Shown here one piece after another: positions 21,204 to 29,051 of a DNA stretch of 64,000 bases (its first letter is position 1; each line of letters opens with the position of its first letter). A program made the position numbers and the translations under genes. A model generated the notes under the pieces. That model ran no database searches, had not been told where the DNA came from, and worked only from the letters and a program-made list of their open reading frames with translations. The DNA comes from Schizochytrium sp. TIO01 (lineage: Eukaryota; Protista; Bigyra: Labyrinthulomycetes), in the NCBI GenBank assembly GCA_004764695.1, contig SMSO01000037.1, forward strand, positions 2,208,747-2,272,746. The letters run 5' to 3'.

Positions 21204-21818
21204 ATGCCCTTTTCAGTTCGGGGTCAACCTCTTACCAAGGTGAATAAGCTTGTTACTGATTTTAAGGTTGCGCGTGAAAATTCAAAGCTTCGCGGCTACC
21301 TAAGCCCCTTTGAAACCAATGTCTGGAGTCATATCTCACCCCGTTTTGAAGGTTGTTGCCTGCGCCTTGCTGAGCTTTGTAAGAACAACCCTAGCGACAG
21401 AGAGATGAATGAGATTGAAATGATCGTTGCTGATCTTCAAGATCTCTGTTCTGTTGGAATTAATTTGGAGAGATTTACTCTCTTGATGGATGAGATGCAA
21501 AAGGCTATATACGTGTATAACCTAGTCGAATCATCTACACTTGATGTTCTCTATGCATACGAATCGCGTGGTCTTGAGAGATTTCAGGCTCGGGTGGACC
21601 TGTTCAAAGAGATTCTTCACCATTTTGAGGAGCAAGATGAAGAAAAATTCAGCTTGGTTCCCTTTACACTTGAAAATAAACCCGTCGATTTAGATAATGT
21701 CATAGATCGTCTAGGAGATTTTGACGAAGTGATGACACTTTTCATTAACTTGGCTGTGAACTATGACACAATGCCAGATACTCCTTTCAGTGAGAAAACC
21801 TTCTTTGCTGAATTTTAA
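21204..21818 (+). CDS. Orphan protein, tandem paralog A
   Basis: 204 aa; aligns end to end with the next ORF (TKxNKLVxDFKxARE, FETNVWSHxSPRFE, LCSVGINLExFT, FxExTFFAxF). Confidence 0.8.
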   Translation: MPFSVRGQPLTKVNKLVTDFKVARENSKLRGYLSPFETNVWSHISPRFEGCCLRLAELCKNNPSDREMNEIEMIVADLQDLCSVGINLERFTLLMDEMQKAIYVYNLVESSTLDVLYAYESRGLERFQARVDLFKEILHHFEEQDEEKFSLVPFTLENKPVDLDNVIDRLGDFDEVMTLFINLAVNYDTMPDTPFSEKTFFAEF

Positions 21819-21927
21819 GTGTAAGCAATTTGAAGTCCCTTTTTAATTTATTTATTTGTTTACGAATATTGAAAAAGTATTGCTTCTTTTCTTCTCTGAA
21901 ATTAGTTGTAAAGACGTCTTTAAGAGT

Positions 21928-22530
21928 ATGTTTTTTTCGGTTCAAGATCGAGACTTTACCAAGCTCAATAAGCTTGTTAATGATTTCAAGGCCGCGCGCG
22001 AAAAGTCAAGGGGTCGTGTCCTTCTAAGTTCTTTTGAAACCAATGTTTGGAGTCATCTCTCCCCCCGCTTTGAAGATTGTTTCTTTCGCTTTGGTGAGCT
22101 TTGTAAGAACCCCACCCTTAGTGATAAAGAAAAGGATGAAATTGAAGTGACAGTTGCTCATCTTCAAGAGCTCTGTTCTGTTGGAATTAATTTGGAGAAA
22201 TTTACTTACGCGATGGATGAAATGCAGGTGGTACAACATGTATACGACCAGGTAGTCGCATTGACACTGGAAGGTTTTTATATGTTCGTGCCGCCTGATA
22301 TGGTGGAGCATATTCGGTTGTTCAATCACATTTTAGAGCAATTTGAGCAGGTAGACGAGGATTTTAGCTTGGCTCCTTTTTCAATTGATCACAGACCCAT
22401 TGAGTTAGACAAAATCATATCTCGTCTAAGAGATCGCAAACTACTGCTGGTTTTTCTTGGATTACACAGAAACTATGCTGCAAAGTCAGGACCCCTTTTC
22501 AATGAGAGGACCTTCTTTGCTAAATTTTGA
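21928..22530 (+). CDS. Orphan protein, tandem paralog B
   Basis: ATG at 21928 (MFFSVQDR) aligns with MPFSVRGQ of paralog A; 200 aa. Confidence 0.8.
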   Translation: MFFSVQDRDFTKLNKLVNDFKAAREKSRGRVLLSSFETNVWSHLSPRFEDCFFRFGELCKNPTLSDKEKDEIEVTVAHLQELCSVGINLEKFTYAMDEMQVVQHVYDQVVALTLEGFYMFVPPDMVEHIRLFNHILEQFEQVDEDFSLAPFSIDHRPIELDKIISRLRDRKLLLVFLGLHRNYAAKSGPLFNERTFFAKF

Positions 22531-22566
22531 GTGTAAGAAAACTATATTCTTTTTAAATTTATTTAT

Positions 22567-24411
22567 TTACTCGTTCAGAAGATCGTTTGATTCTTCTGTC
22601 TTCTGTAGTCTTGGCCATTTAAAGGAGTCTCGGATTCGCTTGCGATGACCAGCAAACCCCAGAAGTGTGTTAAGTTCTTTCATTTCTTTGTCCTTGTTTA
22701 TCTTGGTGCTTTTGTCTTGTGAGGAGCGGCCAAAATCGATCAAGTGGGCGGTCTTGGTATTGGTGTCGATGGCGATATTACGCAGCGCGATGTCGCCATG
22801 GAGCACACCGGCTCGGTGCAGCGCGGAAAGTGATGCTCGAATGGCTTTAATTGCCCAGCTACTGTTAGCAAGAATAAGTTCTTTTGTTGCGGTCTCCCCA
22901 GAGGAGGTTGTGGCAATGATGATTCGTTTATGATATGTGCCGCCGTACACCAAAAAGGGAACGTGTTTACCCTGGAGCGGGCGCAGGGGGCCAAGGTACA
23001 GCTTAACTTCGTTGAGAAAAACTGATTTTTGGAACTCATATGTCTCTCTCGTCCAGTCTTTAGAGACCGGCATGGTCTTCACAAAGATATCCCAGTTGAA
23101 GTCTTTGTCTGAAACCCAGGGAATCCGAACCACACAACTTGTAACAACTCGGTAGTCTTTGGACCACGGCAGCGGCATGAAAAGGTAAGCTTCCTCCTTG
23201 AAAGGTAAAACCTCAATGAGATTGCTGCGTAGCTCCTCTATATTTCCTGCGGGTGGTCTTAGACCTAACATGAATTGTAAGGCTGTTTCGCTCACCTTAT
23301 CTTTGTACTTCTCTGCAGCTCTATCGGATACGTTAGCCCCAAAACTTGTCTTGATATTTTCATAATAAGCCCTGACTTCCGCGCTCCTGCTATTTGATGC
23401 TGGTAGATACTTTCCATTGTCAGGATGCCTGGACGCAGTATATATAAAAGCAGCCATTGCCTCGTTGGTGCTTAATACTCTTGGGCGCCCAGTTTCAGCA
23501 CCATAGAAACCACGGGTGACCCACATGTTACCCTTGTTGTCCCGCTTAACAAAAAAGGTGAGTTCTCCTGACGTGAGAATTGAGTATTTGACCCCGTGGA
23601 CAACCATATAACCATGTAATTGTTTAAGAGCATCTCTCGCTTGGGAGTTAGCAAAAATCTGCATTCCCGCAGCTGCAGCGGCGTCTCGCCTTTCGGTCCA
23701 ATCATTGACGTCCTGGGACAATCTCAAAAGCTGATTAGGACGTTTAGCTTCAACAACACAGAAGACAGTCCCATTTCTTTCATCATCAATTTTGACCAAG
23801 GTGAGATCAGGCTTGGCTGAAAAGCCGATATCGTCTTCTATGCGTACGATGATTTCAGGAAAATTTGCAACCCTGGTGTGAAGTCCAACAAATGGCCTGC
23901 AGCACCTCTCATTAAACCAACTAGCCATTGCATTGGCGTTTCCGCTAATGTCTAGTGGATAGAGCGAGGTTTCAAACGTAGTATTGGATATTTGCATGTT
24001 GAGTAAATTTGCCCTAATAAACGGGTTTATGATTTCCGTTGTGAAACCAAGCCATGGCTTGAGCTCTTTGTACAGAAGACCCCATACCGAAGCTGTTGCA
24101 GCAGTTGATGGATAAAGACCGTGCGTAAGTTCGAGAAACAAGGGCTTTCTAAGCCCCGCGGAGAGGGTTTCACGGGTCGTAGCAATGCCTTCGGCGCGAC
24201 CTTCGACGCGACCTTCGGCGCGATCACGTAAGCGTAGTTCAATCATGTATTGTGTTGGCTCATCAAACCAAGACTTCTTTTCAGAATCGACGAGGTATTG
24301 CAAAACTTGGAGTGGTGCCGAAATGATGCGGGTAGGATTTATCTCGCTAGCTGCATCTTCGTCGGGTAAGTTCTGTGCTTCCTCGAGGGATAGCGGCGGG
24401 GGGCTGGACAT
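22567..24411 (-). CDS. PD-(D/E)XK nuclease + protein kinase fusion (Crinkler/CR-type effector architecture)
   Basis: REase motifs KPDLTL...VVEAKRP...KQLHGYM...YSILTSGELTFFVKR; kinase motifs IFVK, NEVKLY, LHRAGVLHGDIALRNI, LIDFGRS. First ATG at 24411 (the track starts at GTG 24447). Confidence 0.85.
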   Translation of the reverse strand: MSSPPPLSLEEAQNLPDEDAASEINPTRIISAPLQVLQYLVDSEKKSWFDEPTQYMIELRLRDRAEGRVEGRAEGIATTRETLSAGLRKPLFLELTHGLYPSTAATASVWGLLYKELKPWLGFTTEIINPFIRANLLNMQISNTTFETSLYPLDISGNANAMASWFNERCCRPFVGLHTRVANFPEIIVRIEDDIGFSAKPDLTLVKIDDERNGTVFCVVEAKRPNQLLRLSQDVNDWTERRDAAAAAGMQIFANSQARDALKQLHGYMVVHGVKYSILTSGELTFFVKRDNKGNMWVTRGFYGAETGRPRVLSTNEAMAAFIYTASRHPDNGKYLPASNSRSAEVRAYYENIKTSFGANVSDRAAEKYKDKVSETALQFMLGLRPPAGNIEELRSNLIEVLPFKEEAYLFMPLPWSKDYRVVTSCVVRIPWVSDKDFNWDIFVKTMPVSKDWTRETYEFQKSVFLNEVKLYLGPLRPLQGKHVPFLVYGGTYHKRIIIATTSSGETATKELILANSSWAIKAIRASLSALHRAGVLHGDIALRNIAIDTNTKTAHLIDFGRSSQDKSTKINKDKEMKELNTLLGFAGHRKRIRDSFKWPRLQKTEESNDLLNE

Positions 24412-24723
24412 GATGGAATCCCCCAAAGGTAGTAAGCTGTCACCCACCTACTTGCAGTTTTGGTTTTGCTGCGCGTGCACCTGTTTTTGGCGGCCCTGGC
24501 GGCCCGTGTGTGCAGACTCTTAGGGCTACCATTTTGTGATGAGTCTATATTTGCTAAGTATAGGAAGGGGTGTGTATAATAATATTTCAAATCATTAGCT
24601 TAAGGTAGATAGGTACTTTTTACATTTTTTAACATTTGTGTTTTTAGAGCAAAAAAAATAACTTCTAGGAAATCCTTTGATTCAAACTATGAGTCACTTT
24701 TAGATAAATAGACCATTTAATTC

Positions 24724-24766
24724 AAAGCAAAAGCAAAGCAAAGCAAAGCAAAGCAAAGCAGAGCAG
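24724..24766 (+). repeat. (AAAGC)n microsatellite
   Basis: About 8 imperfect copies; the same unit as the long array at 43070-43150. Confidence 0.8.
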
Positions 24767-24864
24767 GGTTTTCTGAAAGGGAAATTGAAAAGCCCGAATT
24801 TGAAAAGAGGAAAAGACTTGCTACTGAAGAAATGATCAAGTTAATGCGAAGATCTTCTCAATTC

Positions 24865-26118
24865 TTAATTTGTAACAATTGTTGTTTCTGGAAAGTCTTG
24901 TTTGTTTTTGAGTTGTTCGTACTCTTCTGGGGTCATGGTGGAGATTGCTGCTAGATAGTCTGTGAGGTAATACAGCATTCCTGAAGAGAAGAGTATGCTA
25001 GTTGCAAGGCTGTGAACCACAGTAAGTTTGCCGAGTTTCCAGAAAGAAATTAGCGCAACCAGCTGGGTGAGAATTAGAAGACAGGGCAGAAAGATGGCGA
25101 AATAAAATCCGGATTTGGTCATGCGAAGAATTGACGTATCAAGCATGAGGGTGCCAATGTAGAGAAAGGCAATGCCAATAAAGGCGGCATACGTTAGTGT
25201 GATTGCACTGGATCTTGCGAAACCAAGTTTATCTTGTTCCGAAACCGACTCGTACTGTTCTGCAATTCCACGAGCAAAGTTCGCAATAAAGACAAGCTCT
25301 AAGGCAAATAAGAGATTGAGCCCCACATCAATAATGCTGTTCTTGCGCTTAAATTGGCCGGGGATCATTTTCTTGTAATGAAGAATCATTCCGGTGATAA
25401 GCAAACAAATGGCAATCGTCTGCCCAGCAAGAAGTACAATGTTGCTTTGTACAAATCTTTTGTAAGGTAGCACAAACTTGTACCAAATGTACAAAATAAG
25501 TAGAACTCCCAATCCGATACCAATGAGGATGTAACTAAGCGATGAGTTTCCTGCTGTTGTCTCACCAGTTGAAGAGGTGCTTCCGGTGGTGGTGGTGGTT
25601 GCTGCGGTAGTGCTGCTGCTAGCTGTTGTTGTGCTGCTTGCTGCGGTAGTGCTGCTTGCTGCGGTTGTGGTGCTTTCAGCTGTTGGGGTAGTTGTGGTTT
25701 GATAATCGAAAAACTCCAAGATCCTCTGCTTGTATCGGATTGCATTCATGATTCCTAGAGCCAGCAAGACCCCTGAAAGTGGAAGAATGATGATCAAATA
25801 CGGGGCAAACACCATGGCTTGAGAAACCTTTGGTTTCTCGTAAGATTCGACAGCAGCCTGTCGCTTTGGTGTTAGCCTTTTAGGATTTAAATGTTCCTTA
25901 TCATCATCATCATGGTGTGAAATAAGCTCGGAAAACCACCCTCCTGAAGAGACGTGATCCTTTTCTTCTTTTTCCTCTTCTTCTGATGACTCATGTCTTC
26001 GCTGTGCTTTGGGCCTGTGCTGGTGCTTATGTTTTGTCGCGTGCTTCGATTTGCCTTGGAGCTCCTTGAGGATCACATGAGGCTTTTTGCGCTTGTGGTG
26101 AATGATGGGAGTTTCCAT
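24865..26118 (-). CDS. Multi-pass membrane protein with His/Lys-rich N-terminus and Thr/Ser-rich mucin-like loop
   Basis: 417 aa; about 7 hydrophobic segments; TTTAASSTTAASSTTT tract; ATG in AAAAAAGTATG context. Confidence 0.75.
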   Translation of the reverse strand: METPIIHHKRKKPHVILKELQGKSKHATKHKHQHRPKAQRRHESSEEEEKEEKDHVSSGGWFSELISHHDDDDKEHLNPKRLTPKRQAAVESYEKPKVSQAMVFAPYLIIILPLSGVLLALGIMNAIRYKQRILEFFDYQTTTTPTAESTTTAASSTTAASSTTTASSSTTAATTTTTGSTSSTGETTAGNSSLSYILIGIGLGVLLILYIWYKFVLPYKRFVQSNIVLLAGQTIAICLLITGMILHYKKMIPGQFKRKNSIIDVGLNLLFALELVFIANFARGIAEQYESVSEQDKLGFARSSAITLTYAAFIGIAFLYIGTLMLDTSILRMTKSGFYFAIFLPCLLILTQLVALISFWKLGKLTVVHSLATSILFSSGMLYYLTDYLAAISTMTPEEYEQLKNKQDFPETTIVTN

Positions 26119-26155
26119 ACTTTTTTGTAGTACTTGCTCAATACATACAAAAAAC

Positions 26156-26671
26156 TCACGCGCGACTGAAGACAGGGATAAGACTGAGATTCACCACTGT
26201 AAGAACAACTGAAATGACTGCAATGACCATTGCAATAGAATCATCTTGACCTCCAATCCACTGAAAATCTCGTTTTGTGTTGATTCCACTGAAAACAATG
26301 TGTTTACTCTTGGTGATGGCGGACCAAATGACGATCAAATAGTCCCAGGTGACGAAGATGAAATAAGCAATGAAAAATCCTAATGCAAGGGGTCCAAGGA
26401 GAAAGACGCCCGCAAGAATTCCTAGAATAAGCAATGCTATTTTGAGCGCACCAAGTTTGTAAAAACCCATATAAAAGCGGTCCGCTCCAATGCTACCAAG
26501 GCCAAACAATTCCAAAAGAGTGAGCACGGTGCGACTTCGCTTCATAGTCCTTCTGTGTTCCTGTGTTTGTGTCTGTCGGTGCGGATGCAGCACTGCTCTG
26601 GGATTGTTGTTTTGTTTGTTTCTGCGCTGCCTCAAATTTTCTCGATTTGGGTGATAAGAGTTTTTAAGCAT
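26156..26671 (-). CDS. TM2-domain membrane protein
   Basis: KRSRTVLTLLELFGLGSIGADRFYMGFYKLGALKIAL matches the TM2 consensus (GxxGxDRFYLG...GxLK). Alternative ATG at 26545. Confidence 0.85.
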   Translation of the reverse strand: MLKNSYHPNRENLRQRRNKQNNNPRAVLHPHRQTQTQEHRRTMKRSRTVLTLLELFGLGSIGADRFYMGFYKLGALKIALLILGILAGVFLLGPLALGFFIAYFIFVTWDYLIVIWSAITKSKHIVFSGINTKRDFQWIGGQDDSIAMVIAVISVVLTVVNLSLIPVFSRA

Positions 26672-27144
26672 CCAATAAAAAATCTAAGGCTACTTCGTAG
26701 TGTGATATCTGAAGTGCGCATACTTAGCGCTTCATTGCTGGTCTTTGAGGAAGAAAAACCTATACGAAACAATATCTAACAATATATGAAGGGGGCGTCT
26801 TAAACGTCAACATGAAGCAGATGGTAGTAGTAATATATACTTTACTCTAAGTGTCAAAAGAACAAGGGTAATGTACTCTGTAACTTAAGGCGAGAGCTGA
26901 CGGAAGTACATGGTAGAATAAACTCTTTAGTATACTCCTTTCAAAATTGTTCTGTTTCGTTCTTAGAGCAATAGCATGTACAAATTTCTCATCTGGGGCA
27001 TTGAAGAAGTCTATTGGGGATATTGGGGAGTATATTAAAACTTAATGCTATTTTGCGCAAAACACTTGTGGTGATAAAGTCATATAGTACACTGTTCTAG
27101 GTTTAGTCGATACGTTCAAACTTTCTAAAAGAACAGTTATTGCA

Positions 27145-27500
27145 TTAGTGTTGTTCATACTGTTCTTCTCAAACTTTATGCTTTACTTAGTGTTATTGAT
27201 ACTGTTCTCCTCAAACTTAATGCTTTACTTAGTGTTATTCATACTGTTCTTCTCAAACTTTATGTTTAACCTCATCTTATTGCTTTACTTAGTGTTATTC
27301 ACTGTTCTTAATTTGAAGGCTATTTATTTAAAAAAGAAAATTCTTAGCTTCCCAAAATTTATGCTCTACTTAAACACTGTTCTTCTTACACTTTTTATGC
27401 TTTACCTAAATACTGTTCTTCTTCAACTTATGTATTACAGCTTAACCTTTTTCCTCTACTTAACCTCATTGCTACTGTTCTTCTCAAACTTTATGTATTC
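27145..27500. repeat. AT-rich 42-bp tandem repeat decaying into reiterated ACTGTTCT / AACTTTATG motifs
   Basis: Three copies of ttagtgttRttSatactgttctYctcaaacttWatgYtttac from ~27145, then partial copies to ~27495. The minus strand of the unit has stops in all three frames. Confidence 0.85.
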
Positions 27501-27520
27501 TACTTACGGAGTGAGGAATC

Positions 27521-28330
27521 ATGAATCCTCACATAGTTCTTCCATTCGAAATACGGAATCACTCTGTTTAGGCGTTCTGTTCTCCTTGAACTCAAAATTT
27601 GGCACTCGCCTAGTAAAATCTAACATTTACATTAGCGACGTAGTCCCAATGCACAGCTACAGTATCATTCAAAAGAAAGATTATTGATTTCTCGTTTCAA
27701 TATTCAATTTTGTTCGTTCCTTGAATGTAGTCTAACTCAACTGTCCAAGTGGTCTATACATTACCTGCCACTTCCGACCGAACACAGTCCCGAACGTGCG
27801 AGGAATTCGACATATACGAATACGAAACACACTATGCTGTGACTCTGGATACCAAGCAAAAAGGGAACCAACTTATACTTTACATCACTAACCTCTTCTT
27901 TTTCACACAGTTCACTGTACTTATCAATAAAGAACCCCTGCGATACCTCGGAATCAAACATCAAGCACGCGCCTTGGACAGATTTCATTCCTTCAAGGAG
28001 AACTCGTCCCCTCACATCAGACAATACATCGACGCAAGATTCGAGGTCGCAACTTTCATACTTCAGGCAGAATATCAAAATAAGTTCCCTCCGCCCATTT
28101 CGTACTCTCTCGTCATATAAAACGTGAGAACTCTTTATGTTAAAGAGAACCGCAAGTATCTCCTTCACAAGAGCCGCTTTCAGAATGTTGGCGACTCACC
28201 CAACCTATGGCACACAGAACTGTCGATTCCTACACCAAGCTTAAGCATACCAGATGTTCTATTGTCCAACTTGTCTAAGACCTCCTACTTTCGCTTCTAT
28301 ACAAGAACTTCTTCTTAGACTTGTATTTGA
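27521..28330 (+). pseudogene. Stop-interrupted gene, possibly with an N-terminal F-box-like motif
   Basis: ATG 27521 gives MNPHIVLPFEIRNHSV*AFCSP*...; ORFs 27749-28120 and 28124-28318 lie in the same frame, separated by one TAA. Confidence 0.35.
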
Positions 28331-29051
28331 AACAAAAACGCGCACTTCAGATTGTGGGGTTGCCCCACCCGAGTATGATAGTATCAACTTTTAAAAAGGA
28401 GAAAAAGAAGAAAAGAAAAAAAAGAGAGAACGTAAAACATCAACGAGAGACTCTTCAATCCAGAGCCTTTACTCTTTGCCGGTTCTCTCGCACCATGGAA
28501 GCTCGCTCTGCGTCAAGCCCTTCGCACCACCCCCTTGTGAAAGATTGAAGATGCACTTTATTCTATTAGATAGTTGTTGAAGCGTCCATAGAGGCGTGTT
28601 ACCGCGCAGATGGGCCATCGCGGCAGTGCTAGCTGACCCTCCGTGGGACGAACTGTCCGCCTGGCTAGTCTTGTGCTTGGCAGGTCGCTCAACTTTGCTC
28701 GATGCGAATCTTACTAGTAAGAGGAAGGACTGTCTCGCTAGAATTCAAGTAAGTAGCTACTCTGCAGGGACCTATGGCATCAGCGTCTGATGTGGATCAA
28801 AGACAGGGAGCATTTAAGGAACAACAATATATATGTATACCTTAGAGCTGCTTGACACAACGGTCGGGGTTACCACTACTCCGATATCATTACTATCAAC
28901 AACAACCAAAGCAGTAGTTGTAGCAGCAGCAAAACTGTCTCTGGTGGTCGATTGGGTCTTTGCTTATATCTGATCGAAGAGCCTGAGAGGCAATTTCAAT
29001 TCTGGTTGTAAACTGAGCAAGCAGAAAGACCTTTCTGCAGCAGACACAACA

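Larger units (their letters stand above)
14348..26671. mobile_element. Putative endogenous large-DNA-virus segment (core; may extend from ~6.8 to ~28.3 kb)
   Basis: About 13 intronless ORFs, mostly with spacers of -41 to ~125 bp and A-rich start contexts. Content: Erv1/Alr, Trx-like, NCLDV-type small protein, phage-type MTase, TM2 and orphans. Flanked by ordinary eukaryotic genes. No hallmark capsid or polymerase gene in the window. Confidence 0.7.

Noticed and set aside
17048-24411. Classical restriction-modification pair (MTase + REase)
   Set aside because: The genes are 4.5 kb apart, the MTase catalytic motif is atypical and the nuclease is fused to a kinase in a CR-effector layout; kept only as a weak hypothesis.
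27145-27500. CRISPR-like array
   Set aside because: The units are contiguous with no unique spacers, there are no cas genes, and the context is eukaryotic.
27148-27687. 179-aa hydrophobic ORF
   Set aside because: Most likely a by-product of the T-rich 42-bp repeat; non-ATG start and no domain.
27761-28168. 135-aa minus-strand ORF
   Set aside because: No recognisable motif; it overlaps a longer stop-interrupted plus-strand frame that explains the region better.
28354-28385. GTGGGG-TTG-CCCCAC hairpin as a Helitron 3' end closing the island
   Set aside because: No CTRR terminus at the expected distance and no Rep/helicase gene; a single short palindrome is insufficient.
6200-28560. Polinton/virophage or complete provirus with terminal inverted repeats
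   Set aside because: No pPolB, integrase, packaging ATPase or capsid ORF, and no TIR or TSD found by eye.
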